The position numbers and the translations under genes are program-made. A model generated the notes under the pieces. It worked only from the letters and a program-made list of their open reading frames with translations, did not search any database and was not told the origin of the DNA. A stretch of DNA of 64,000 nt, from positions 52,578,001 through 52,642,000 of the forward strand of contig NC_058382.1 in NCBI RefSeq assembly GCF_018350175.1, written 5' to 3'. Shown piece after piece: positions 51,397-63,497 of the stretch (the first letter of the stretch is position 1; each line of letters opens with the position of its first letter). Source of the DNA: Felis catus (taxonomy: Eukaryota).

Positions 51397-51582
51397 GGGG
51401 CGTCTGGGTGGCTTAGTCAGTGAAGCATCTGCCTCTGGCTCAGGTCATGATCTCAGGGTTCGGAGCCTGGAGCCTGCTTCAGATTCTGTGTCTCCCGCTC
51501 TCTCTGCCCCTTCCCCTGCTCGTGCTCTGTCTCTCTCTCACAAAAATAAGTAAACATTAAAAAAAAAAAAAACAACTTAAAA
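51397..51582 (+). mobile_element. Can-SINE with internal deletion
   Basis: Head, CT tract and polyA; flanks aaacatgaagcag/aaacctgaagcag. Confidence 0.93.
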
Positions 51583-52089
51583 TAAACCTGAAGCAGGAAG
51601 CTCTGATAGTTAGGCAAGTTTTGTGAAATGCAACATTTGTAGGCATGAATATTGCTCACGTAATAGTTTCTTTCTTCCATGGTGCAGTTTTCTGGGTGAC
51701 TGGGGATGTAATTCCCTCTCTCTTGTTCTTTAAGAGCTGTTGGCATTCTACCATCCAGTGAAGGTGTTTATGCCCCCATCATTTGAACTCGGTAAGGTTG
51801 GTAAGGAAAGTGGTACTTCTTGGTGAGGGGAGAAGGTTCTTCAATCGCTTAATGGAGCCGCTGATCTCCATTACTTGGTCTCTGAACAAGGTTACCCACA
51901 GAGTTTCAAAGTTGGCGGTGGTGAGTTTTGGATAGAGACCTCTTCCTAGCTCACGCACACATCCTCAGTCCCTCTCCTTAGTGTATATGGATCAATTACA
52001 TTTCACGTTCAGACAGCAGGACATTTCAATTTTCGATTCAAAGACTAAAGCTGTGTAGGATTTACGATCTAAAACAGGGTTTTGTTATT

Positions 52090-52330
52090 TCATAGGTTTT
52101 TGAAGTCAGATTCCCCTGATCTGAGATGCACGGGTTTTGTGATTTGGGAGAAATCACTTAACCTCTGTCAACCTTTTATCAGCAACATGGGATAAAAATA
52201 GTACCTGACTTGCAGGTTAAATGAGAATTTAATGAGATAATGCGTATAAACGGCCTATATCACAAAGTCTGGCACAGAGTAATTGCTTCTGCTGCTGCTT
52301 CTTCTTAGTGTTATTGTTATTAACATGATT
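52090..52330 (+). mobile_element. MIR
   Basis: aaatcacttaacctctg...atgggataaaaatagtacctgac...aatgagataatgcgtataaa. Confidence 0.8.
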
Positions 52331-52427
52331 GTCATTGTGAAAATGACTACGGATGTGCCCATGAGTAATGCTCACTCTTCGATCAGACATGCTTTTTAAC
52401 TATGCAGGTATATTAAACACAGAGCCC

Positions 52428-52461
<34 letters not shown>

Positions 52462-52991
52462 ATTTGTTGAATGTGTACAAACCCATTCCGTGTACACCCT
52501 GTACAAGACATTCAAGGTATGTTGAATTTCCCAGCAATGCTATGGAGCGTGGGACGAGACATGAGCTGGTGCAAAGAGACTGAGGATAGTTCTGTGAATG
52601 CAAGTGGACAAGGGAAAAGAATAAGGTGAATACCAGGAAAACAGGTCTGTTTAAATAAACAGGAAGTTAATGGTTGGTTTGTGGAAGGCTTTGGAAATCC
52701 ACTATGCTAATCTGGAATTTTCTGTGCCACTGGAGTCTAAATTAGTTAAGGGTGGAGACCATGTAATTGCCTCCCTGAACCTAGTCCACAGCCTTGTTTT
52801 TAGCACATACCTAGTAGATTTATGTGAATATTGTGATTCAGTGACTGAATCAGTGGACAATGAATGGATGAAGGAAATGAATGAATGGCTAGAAAAATGA
52901 ACTGACTTCCATCACCAGGCCTGCCATTCTGTCCCTGGTGCCTAGCAGTGGGGCAGGCATTTAGTAGGTGTTCCATAAAAAATATGTTGGA

Positions 52992-53115
52992 ATCAATTAT
53001 AATCTAATATCAGCATTAACATCAAACTATGATTTAATATCAATATCAATTATAATTTAATATCAATATCAATTGATTTAATATCAATACCAATTGATTT
53101 AATGTCAATACAATT
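52992..53115. repeat. AT-rich minisatellite, 21-24-bp unit, about 5 copies
   Basis: Units such as atcaattataatttaatatcaat, atcaattgatttaatatcaat and accaattgatttaatgtcaat. Confidence 0.85.
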
Positions 53116-53620
53116 AATAGAAATTAATATATAATATTAATTATATTAAAAAAATCATTGTAGAAGATGCGACAGTCCTAATTTATTCCACTCATAGGAT
53201 GTGTCACCCTTAGCACATACCTCACTGTTTCCTCCAAATAAATAAACAAAAACATGTGGCTGTGCAGAAGTAAGACCTTTTTTACCCCCTCAAACCACCA
53301 CCTTGCTCAAGTGTATTATTTTAGTGGCTTTACGGTACATTTCTTGTGGCCGAAGAAGCTATTGTCAAGTTGATCTCTGCTCTCAAGTGTAGAATTTATT
53401 TGTCAGGCTCTTGCAGAATTCTGTTTTATATGGAGATTTTGTACTTGTGCAGAAAAGCATTGTGTGGTTTTAAAGGATATTCCTGGAAGGAGAATCATAA
53501 GGGATCTGTAGGAAACATGTACGATGGAGAAATTTAAACAGAATTAAACAAATAAAAGTCAGAACTCAAAAACTGAACGCTGCCCCATTTTGCATAAATC
53601 GCCATTAGGAGCAGATTGAG

Positions 53621-53621
53621 A

Positions 53622-53673
<52 letters not shown>

Positions 53674-53739
53674 CGCTCGCACATGCGTGTGTCTGTATGC
53701 GTGCGCATGCGTCTGTATGCGTGCGCATGCGTGTGCGCA
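53621..53739. repeat. (TG)n microsatellite with degenerate CG/TG extension
   Basis: Seen directly; includes a perfect 20-bp tandem duplication at 53691-53730. Confidence 0.95.
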
Positions 53740-53889
53740 GGTGATACGTGGAGAATCTGGAGAAAGAGGAGCGCTGCCTTCTTTGTGGAGGGATGGGCGC
53801 GAGAGTTAGGCACGCCCACGTCCACGTCCACAGTGAGGTGGAAGCTCTTCTTTCAATTCCTAAGAGGCTTCTCTCTCCCTCATTCCCCA

Positions 53890-54560
53890 ACCAGGTGTGA
53901 CCCCGTCACAGTGGAGGTCGGAGGCAGATGGGTCTGATATTGTGTGTCCGGCCTGAACAGTCGGCTGTCACCGCTTTTTAATAAGGGCCGGGCCTCCTCT
54001 CGAAGAGCCCAGGGATTTCCGTCCCTCCGCTCCGCCTTTCCCCCCAACACTACTCGCCCTCACTAATAAATTCCGAGGGCTGACATTGCCTGAGCCGGCT
54101 GGTCTTTGCCCTCAATTTCATTGAGATGGGCCATTGAAAACTCATTACAAGCTGTTTAGACTCTGACTTTGACTTTTGCTCGGCAGCGAGCAAAATTAAC
54201 AGCTCTTGGAGGTAGCAAAAAAGGCACTCAGCCAAATAAAAAAAAAATAAAAAATGAAAGAATTGAAATGATGAGAAAAGACTTTTAATATTATCACCAT
54301 TAGTCATGCAAACAAGCGCACATCCAAAGCGCGTATGTGCTGCATGTGGCTCTCGTTTGGTGCCTGGTGTGGATTGTGGTTCCCCCACTGGAGGCAAATT
54401 CATACTCAGGTCTTACACGCGGCTCAAAAATTTTTTTACATGTCAAGCAATGAGCCTTTGAGTGTAGCAGAATTGCTTCATAAATTTAACTATCACTTTC
54501 GAATTTCTGTTTTTTTCTAATTTAGTGCTTGATAGTTTTTTATGTGATCATTTAAAAATG
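53890..54560. promoter_or_regulatory. Candidate conserved non-coding element/enhancer
   Basis: No recognisable repeat, CpG-retaining, clustered T-box, NR2E-type, RUNX and homeodomain motifs; conservation not tested. Confidence 0.45.
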
Positions 54561-55796
54561 CTGTTTATAGCAAAAGTTACCTTGATAGTACAGGTGTGCA
54601 CAGAAAATTCACAGCCATCAATAAAAAGAAAAAAAAAAAAAGCTGTTTATACCTTAGGCATTCTGTGATTCTAAGGATGGTACCGTGGCAATATTACAGG
54701 TTTTAAAGGCAGCCCAATTAATCTAAATTTCTTCAAAAGTAACAGCTCCTGGAAGATTTAAATATTGCTCCCGATCGCTGTGGGTGGTTTCTATCTGTAT
54801 TTGGGAAGCTCGTACAAAATGTTTCTTAGTCCTGATATTTTCATCGCATCTTAAAAGTAAAGATATATGTGTGTGTGTGTGGTCATCTAAATGGAAGTCA
54901 AGAATATTACTACCAAAACATGAAAGTTTAAGAAATAGACTGTAAAATGTTTAAGATGAACGAAGAAATCTTAACCAAGAAAGGGAAAATGTATTTGAAG
55001 GGGATCTGATGAGTTAGCCAGCACCTCTGGGCAAACCCGAGACACCACAGACAGGAGCCACCTTGAGGGCATTTAGAAAATGGTGAGTTCCTCGTTGGAT
55101 TTTAAGTGATTCGTTGCCAACACATAAATAACCTCTCGCTTGGTGAAACACGTGAGTGTGAAATGGAAGCCACCATCATGCTTTGCCAACCTTCTTCGAC
55201 TGTTTGTATGACCAGATGTCCGTGAGGATACCCAGTTTTTCTTTTAATTCCTCTAGAAACTCTCAGGGACAGTGGCAGGATGTGTGAATATAGAAGTGAA
55301 TGAGATGTTCTCCTGCCTTGTTGGGTCCCCTGTGTTGGGTCCCATGTGTTGGGTCCCCTTTCTAGCATCCTGGCAACATTTTTCTCATCTTCTGAACATT
55401 GTGCAGTAAACCCAGTGCCATCCCGTACCCCCAAGAGACAGAAGTAGAAATTCTATTTAAGGCACTGAGTCTTTGAGAGCCAAACTAGGAAATTAGTCCA
55501 AAGCCATTGGAGGCTCTAGATAGATCTTAGCACTCAAAGCAATACATGTACAATCCCATAAATCTAAACTTTCTGGTATATTCATTAGGCATTCTGTTTT
55601 CTTTTCCTTCAACTGTTCCATTCAATTCCCTAGTATAATAAGCCTTCCAAATTCTTAGTGTTTCTCCACAGCCAAGCCTTTATCTTTTTCCCCTCAGGAT
55701 TTCTTTCATGGGAACACATTATCTAGCCATCGGATGTCTTTGATGAGGGAATTAAAGCATTTGCCTGTTCTGTAGAGTTTGATTAAAGTTTGACCA

Positions 55797-56305
55797 TGTT
55801 CCAGTGACTATTGCATAACATACCACACCAAAATTTAGTGGTTTAAGATGACAACATTTATGTTGTTCATGAATCTGTGGTCTGAGCAGGGATGGAAGAA
55901 ACAGCTTGTCTCTGCTCCAGTCAGCGTCAGCTGAGGCAGCTTGCAAACCGGGGGTGTGTGATCATCTGAGCATGGTTCACTGGTGAGTCTGGGGTTGATG
56001 CTGACATTTGGCTGGAACACCTACACCTTGCTTCCACGGAGCTTAGTCTTCCTCATAATATGGCAGCTGGGTTCCAAGAGTCAATGTCCCAAGAGAGAGA
56101 GAGCCATGCTCATTCTGTATTGCCCTTTATGACGTAGCCACAGAAGTCATGGAGCATTGGTTTTTCTGCATTCTGTTTGCATAGGTCCTCACACAGGGCT
56201 TCCCAGGCTTACAGGAAGAGGAAATAGACCCCGCCTCTCGATGGAGCAATGGGAGGGTTCTGGAAGGGAATGTAGGGCCACTTTTGAAAAATACAGTCTG
56301 CCATA
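55797..56305 (-). mobile_element. MaLR solo LTR (MLT1G/H-like)
   Basis: tgttccagt...ccaaaatttagtggtttaa; atggcagctgggttccaagag; ends aaaatacagtctgccata. Confidence 0.85.
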
Positions 56306-56329
56306 TATCATAAGAAAAATGTTAATATC

Positions 56330-56570
56330 CTGGAGTGGCATACTGGACAAAGCGGTGTTGTTTAGGAGTCAGAACGCCTGGTTTTGAGTCCCACCTCCAC
56401 CTACTACTAACTGCATGATTGGACCTCAGCGTGCTCATCTATAAAATGGGGACACTGATGCTGGCCCCATGTATCTGCGCTGAGGAGTGTGCAAATGAAA
56501 TATGTTATATGGGCAAGTGTCCACTGAGTGCCTGGGACAGACTGGACGCTCAATAAATCTTTGGTGAGTT
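56330..56570 (+). mobile_element. MIR
   Basis: ggagtcagaacgcctggttttgagtccc...ctcatctataaaatgggga. Confidence 0.8.
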
Positions 56571-57202
56571 AGTTTATTGAATCAGAATCTGTCCATTATA
56601 GCCATTATTTAGCTTTATTGTGTCCTAATCTGTGTCACCGAGTACATCCTTGCTGTTTTTCATGAATTTTCCACTGAGTCGCAACATGCTGCTGGCCAAT
56701 GAAGGTCAGGGAGGAAACAGATTAACAGCATCTCATACCACAATGTCAAAATACTTAAAAGTGTTTACAGAGCTTGGTGACACCCAATGAATTTAAAACA
56801 AGAAGACTGGAGCAGAAGTAAAGCTATTCTTGTTCTTCTAAGCTTGAGCAAGGGCCTTGATGTTTTACGATTGTTTTAAGGTCCATTAATCGTTGAATCA
56901 TGAGGCCATGTAAAAAATGACAGCTGTAACATCGAGGGCTCGGGTTTATTTTACTGTTTTTGCTTCTACCCGGTTTCTAATTAATAACATTGCCTAAAAC
57001 TTGATTCAAATGTGGCAAAAGCAGAATGCCACGGGATAAAGCAGCTCGATCTCACCTGGGAGGGTTTTATGGCTTCTTAAAAGAAATATTTCCTTAGTTT
57101 GAAAGGTTCCAGCCTTTATCAGCCATCAGCTGATTCTCAGACAGAGAGAACTAGTTACACCTATATAATCAGGGTCTCTTCAAACAGGTCTGAGCAAACT
57201 TT

Positions 57203-57400
57203 AGAGCAGTGTAGTCCAGTAGTAGCCACATGTAGTTATTTAAAGTTAAAGGGATTTAAATTATGTGAATTTTTTAAAAAGTCACTACTTCAGTCACACA
57301 AACCACATTTCACGTGTTCATTAGCTGCACACGGCCACCATATTGGACCGCACACTGTAGAACATTTTCATCATTGCAAAAAGTTTCACTGGACGGCAAA
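57203..57400. mobile_element. MER3-like hAT-Charlie MITE, opposite orientation to the 34789 copy
   Basis: tagccacatgtagttattt...cagtcacacaaaccacatttca...tagaacattttcatcattgcaaaaagtt. Confidence 0.8.
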
Positions 57401-57421
57401 ACTTCGAGGTTAGTTCTCTAA

Positions 57422-57461
<40 letters not shown>
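57422..57461. repeat. (GTT)n microsatellite
   Basis: About 13 perfect units. Confidence 0.97.
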
Positions 57462-58835
57462 CCCATCTTCACTCGGGGATTAAAGCCAACCAGCTCAAAC
57501 GTTGCATCTTCTCCCCAGGTCCTGATGCCCAAAGGCATCTCCTCCCCCTATTTGGAGAACCTTCTAGGGTGTGACCCAACTGATTGAACTCCCTACGGCA
57601 ACTCCCCCTGGCCGCCTTCTTTTTAGGACCCACCAAACTCAGCCTCCATGTCATGTTGTCTGCCCGTCTCCCCATATCCTCTTCATCCAGCACCCTCCAG
57701 GAGCTCAGACCTGCAGTCTTCCTTAAGGGCAATGCTTCACCCCTCTGGACTATGGAGTTACTATAAGGTTTCTTCAACTCTCTATATGTTGCAACTATGG
57801 TATTATAGATGGGATAAATAATAGGTCTTTATGTAGGTGCAAATGGTTTTCAAATGTGGGGAAATGCTTTGGTGATGTGTGAAGTGATCATTTTAAAGTG
57901 TTACTGCATTCATAGTAGTATTCAATCATTATGTGTTTACTCAATCAATGGTTACAAAGAGTGTGGGTGTCTGAATTTCTGACGCCACTTAAGGTGTTCT
58001 CATAGTAGGAAAGTGTGCAACCACTGGGGAAAGGAAACAAGTCTGTTCATGGATGGGGGAAGCAAAGGTTTCGTCAATGCATCGTGATTTTAAACATAAT
58101 CTCCAACAGAAAAATGAGCCAGCACCTCTAATTCCCTAACAGAGTCAAGCATTTATCCCATATAATCCTCACACCAGACCTAAGCCATCAGTATTAATGT
58201 CCCTACTTGAAAGACGAGTAAACCGAGGCTCAAATAGTTTCATTTTCCCAGGGCTCTTGGGTGTGGTCTTGACCACCAGCCTAAAGTGCCATTCTGAGTC
58301 CACCCTTCAACCTCAAAGATAGCCACTCATTTGAGCTTACGTAATATAATTGCGTGGCTTGGTGGAGCCATCTTAATTCTGTTAGGCCATTAGCCAATGC
58401 CACCATTAGGGGGAAATGTCATGCACTTGATCTGAATGTACTTAGGGGAACTCTCAGGACCTGATGAATTATTATGGGGAGTTTTATGGCCCCACAGGTC
58501 ATAGGCTTCGTACTAACTGTAGCTAATGAGCTACGGACGCCACGGAGCACTGAGGATACATGGTGCCCCGAATGGAGAGAGCCACTTCGTTCCATCCCCC
58601 GCCCCACCCCCCGCCCTGCTCCCTTTTCAGAGGCAATCTCAAATCAGATGAGAAAGTGTACAAATGCTTTTGGATGGTTTGCTTTTATACCATGTGTCCT
58701 GTTATTCGGAATGGATGTCTGAGCAGAATGTTTTTAGAAATCTTTTTGGGGGATTGGGGGAGAGACAGAAACCAAAGCCAAGCCAAGGGAGATCTAAAAA
58801 AAAAAAATCCACCATGGTAGTCTGGGGAGGAAAAC

Positions 58836-58954
58836 TTTTTTTTTTTTTTTAATATTTTTTATTAAGTAATCTCTATACCCAGCATAGGGCTCAAACTCAC
58901 AACCTCGAGATCAAGAGTTGCACACCCCATCGACTGAGCCAGCCAGGCACCCCC
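58836..58954 (-). mobile_element. Short Can-SINE (older tRNA-Lys-derived type)
   Basis: polyT, aagtaatctctataccca, gagatcaagagt, cgactgagccagccaggcacccc. Confidence 0.9.
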
Positions 58955-59710
58955 AAAAAACATCATTTTTGAATGAAGGTGTTTTTATTGTATTTGACAT
59001 GATTTGCTTCCCCAGCAGGTACAACTAAGATAATCTCAACTTTCAGGCTAATACCCGAAACCTGTCTCTCCACCCTCCACCCCTTCCACAAGTGGAAACC
59101 CAGCTTTTCTCTTGGGTGCCTTCTTTTCCTTCTTTCCTCCCATCAGGTTTTTAAAGAATTTCAGGGATTTAATCCAGGACACAGGGGCTATGTCTGCTTC
59201 CAAATCCCTTCCAGGAAGGGAACAAACAGGTCTGCTCTCAGGCTGCCTTGGCTTCATACGTCCTGGTGAGCGTGATGACAGTTTCTTAAGACTTAGTTGG
59301 AAAAGGAAAAAGGAGAGAGAGAATGGTATCGTGCTTTACTCATCCATGTAGGGGCTTTTGTGAGCTCTTGGGTCGCTGCTGGCAAGGGCTGACCACCACA
59401 TGGGGTGGTAGCTCGGTCACACATGCACTTCAACGTGTCTTCTTCCCCTGTGTCAGTAGTCCATCCACGCTCACCTCCTTCAAGGCATGTGATTTCTTGG
59501 GGACGCTTGGTGTCCCGTTTTTCCTGCAAATCTCATAGCCCTAGAGAAGCAGTAAGAACATGCATCCTCCAGAGGCAAAGAGCTGAGGTCATGTTTCCTT
59601 TACTTGCACGTAATCTCTCAGCCCCGGATGCAAATCTCCAGAGCCCTTAACCAGTGACTTGAGAGTGTAGGGAAGAGCAGTCTCAACACGGTTGGATTAG
59701 AAGGCGCTTT

Positions 59711-59911
59711 TTTGTGAAAATTTTTTAAATGTTTACTTAATTTTGACAGAGACAGAGCGCGAGCAGGGGAGGGCAGACCCAGAATCCGAAGCAGGCTCCA
59801 GGCTCTGAGCTGTCAGCACAGAGCCTGATGCAGGGCTCGAATTCATGAATGGTGAGATCATGACCTGAGTTGAAGCTGGACGCTTAACCTACTGAGCCAC
59901 CTAGGCGCCCC
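59711..59911 (-). mobile_element. Can-SINE (SINEC_Fc-type)
   Basis: Antisense copy; TSD tagaaggcgcttt/tagaaggtccttt (11/13). Confidence 0.95.
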
Positions 59912-61189
59912 TAGAAGGTCCTTTGCTACCATCCTTCGGAGTTGTGGGAGCTCACTGTCTTAGGTTTGCAAAACGATGCTGAGATAGTCAAGAAATCCCT
60001 ATCAGCCCAGAGTTTCATTCCCCCTGATTTGCAATCTCTACCTAGATCTGTTAAATAGCAGCTAACCTGAGAAATACTCGGTTCTGCCCAATCGCGTGTC
60101 CCGGTCCATATAAGCCGATATATCGATGTGCCTCCAAATATCCACAGTTGTTTCCCACATCTGAGAGTGGCAACACGTTAGCAGTTCATACTAAGCCATC
60201 AAACATGATGCACCAGTATAGAAAACATCCCCAGGAAGTATTAGGGGACCCCCCGACCCACTGTGTCACCTGGGACTCTTAGAGGCATATTTGTTAGCAA
60301 AATCAGTCAACAACTGCTTAAAGCAGCTCCCAGGGCCGCCTTGACAGATTCTGCAGCCGTGGAGAATTGTACCTTCAGCTGTTTCTTCCCAGTCGGCTTG
60401 TCTCCTGAGCAGGACATTCGGTTCTAATTGTCGAACCTGCCTAAACCCGACTGAAGTGTGCCATAGTATCAAGTGTGGAAGAAGGTGGGCATGTGAACTA
60501 GATTTGCTCTCCTCTGAAGGAATAACTATATTAAGATGCTCTTTTCGGAGACAAATCATCTCATGCAGGAGGAAAAAAACTCCATAGAAAAAGACAAATG
60601 ACAGCGCGAGATCCGGAAAGACAAGTGCTCCGTCATTTTGTCATAATGCCAGAAGAGACAGTAATGCTACATGGACACGCAGACACTTAGAAAATATCAC
60701 AGGCAGAGCGCGGGCTTCTGGTGCCGGAAGCACATTTGGTGAACTTAGGACACATCAAGAGCCTTCCCTGGTTTTTCAGTCACTTGTACTGTATTTCAGA
60801 GGGTTACAGAGAAAGGGACAGGCGAGCGGTGTGCTAAGGGGGAAGGATCTGGCTTCTCTGGTCTTCTGACTTGCCCTGGAGTGCATGTGAACTATCAGTT
60901 AAGAAGGCAGGCTGGGCTTCAGTAATTCACAGTCTGGGAGAATGAGTGTTCTGTGACACTCTGAATTGGAACATACTTATGTGTGCACACATACTCAGAA
61001 AGTACACATACAGGTAAATTTTCTTCAAGAATCCCAAAATTGTCATTTAATTCATGATCTTCTCTTCCTCTCTTGACTCATAGACTCTGGGTTGGATTTT
61101 CCACTTCGGGGAAATACATTTACTAGACCATTCATGTCATTAGAATGCCATGTAGAAACTGTCATTGTGTATGCTCACACCATCTGCTA

Positions 61190-61330
61190 CTTTTCTCCCT
61201 CCCTTCCTTCCTTCCTTCCTTCCTTCCTTCCTTCCTTCCTTCCTTCCTTCTTTCCTTCCTTCCTTCTTTCCTTCCTTCCTTCCTCCCTTCCATTTCCTTC
61301 CTTTCCTTCCTTTTTCCCTTCCTTCATTCG
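61190..61330. repeat. (TTCC)n tetranucleotide repeat
   Basis: Perfect at the start, degenerating rightwards. Confidence 0.95.
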
Positions 61331-63149
61331 TTATTAATTCCTTTTACATTTTTTGTTTCCTTCTAAATTTATGCTAAATTCTATTATTTCCATTATGTTA
61401 TAGGACAATACTGAGATACTTGTGTTTGCCTTTTTTTTTTTTTTTTTGGTCATTGCAATTTGTATGCACATCTTTTTTCCCCATAATTAGTTGATAGTTT
61501 TTTTTCTTTTTTCAGAAAAAAGATTCAGCTGCTCAAATTTAGCTATATTTTTCTGTTTTTGTTATTTTGTTGATTTTTTTTTTCAAATTTACCTTTAATA
61601 TTGCTTCTGATTTTTGCTGTTTTGCTGACATACAGTCATCTACCTTACAAAGGTATTTCAAGCCCTAAATACTTTTCATTGAATTTTTTGTCCTTTCCTT
61701 TGTTTTTTCTTGCCTCCTGGACTGTACGTACAGAGCCCTTTTATGAACACTCAGACTTTCAAGTGTGAGAATCAGTGTTCGTGCTTTCCCTGATACCATT
61801 CAAGTGTCGGATTAATAACATTTTTATAAGGTGGCGACCAGAACGGAGTGAGCTCCTTGAGCTGAGTTTTGCCACAGTCCAGGATAATCTGTTCTAATTT
61901 CTGGGGACACGCATTTTGTCCTGGCTAAAAGCGATGTACTTATGCCCACGTTACTCTGCCGTGCCCGGCTTGGCTGTGTGCGGATGTGAGGAGGCACGTG
62001 CGGGGGGCTTCCTGCGTGAGCGCCTGTGTCTGTTGTGATCTCAAGGTCTTATCGACAACAACAGGAGGCCCCTTTGAGATCAATCGTGTCCATTCGGTGT
62101 TTGTTTTCTACTCCCTAACACTTGTTGCCGTCTCTTTGTCGCCGTTAATTTTGTTTGTCATATGTCAGACCAGGATGAGTGAGGCACATTCAGACTCCCC
62201 TCATTTTGTTTTCTCTCTTCCTTCCGCAGCCACCACCTTTGCTAATTTGAGGCGGTCAGCACATTTGGCAGGTCCGTAGCTGCTAGCCTGAGCAAGTCAT
62301 TAATCTATATTAGAAAAGGCAGGGCCCCAGTTCCAACCTTTCCCAAGCTGGCCTGCCCCACCCCCCAACGTGCAGGTTATTTGCTATCTCCCTTGGCTTA
62401 GGCACCTGCTGTTTTCTGTTGCGACTTTTCCTTTTGTCTTCTGGATTGAAAATCTGCACTGAAACACCTCCTGGCACACCAGCTTCAGGTCTCTCCGCCC
62501 CACAGAATGCCGTCGTCACACGGTAGAGCCGAGCTTGGTGAGACCCGCTCTTCCCGGCCAATGGCGCCAATTACGGGGAAGCCATTCCAGCTCTTTCTTC
62601 TCAAGAGGTCCAGCAAAAAATGTGCCTGGACTTTGTGTGTCTTTAAGGCTCTCATTTTTCATCTCCGGGGAATTGAATTTCCTCTGCCCTTCTTCCTCCT
62701 TTCTGTCATCTTGTTGAAATACCTCTTTTTCCCTAGAAGTCTTAAAATGAATATGCATTTTTCCATGTGCATTCAAAGGAGTGGTGTTTAAAAACTGTTC
62801 TTTTTTTTCCCCCCTAATTTTTAGATTCCCCTATGTCCCACTGCCAAATAAAACTACCAAGGCGTGGTGTCTCTTAAAAAAAATTAAAATAAACCCCTAC
62901 TTCAAAATGTTGGCTTTCCCATGTACTTACAAAACGAAAGGGGCTAGGAGCCAGGGGTTGGGTGCAAATTGTCAGTGCCTTTCTCTAACATATGCAGTTT
63001 TGAGACGTTATGTACGCATACTGTGGATTACATCCAGTTCTTCCTATGGAATCCTGCACGACCTGGAAGAAACCTGAGAGAGCAACTAGGCTAGGTGTTT
63101 CCAATTGATATCTTTCTGGGAAAAGAGTCGTATCTTCCAATGACACCTA

Positions 63150-63497
63150 ACAGGGCACGCCGATACAACTCGGGTTTGAGCTGCTCGGATCCACTCATGT
63201 GCGGAATGTTTCGATAAATACAGCACAGTCCTGAAAGTGTATTTTCTCCTCCTTATGGTTTTCTTAGTAACGTTTTCTTCTCTCTGGCTTACTTTATTGT
63301 CAGAGTACAATATATCATGCCTACGGCATACAACATAGGTGTTACTTGACGGCTTATGTTATCAGTAAGGCTTTTTGGTCAACAATAGGCTATGAAATAT
63401 TTGAGTTTAGAGAGAGGCAAAAGTTATAAGCAGGTTTTCAGCTGCAGTGGGGGTGGGGCGGTTGGCGCCCTTAACCGTATTGTTGAAGGATCAACTG
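63150..63497. mobile_element. Tigger2-like non-autonomous DNA transposon
   Basis: caactcgggtttgagctgc...ccactcatgtgcgga; ggtcaacaataggctat; right terminal repeat ttgttgaaggatcaactg followed by TA. Confidence 0.85.

Noticed and set aside
52992..53115. Possible CRISPR-like repeat array
   Set aside because: Contiguous degenerate units without unique spacers, in mammalian DNA with no cas genes
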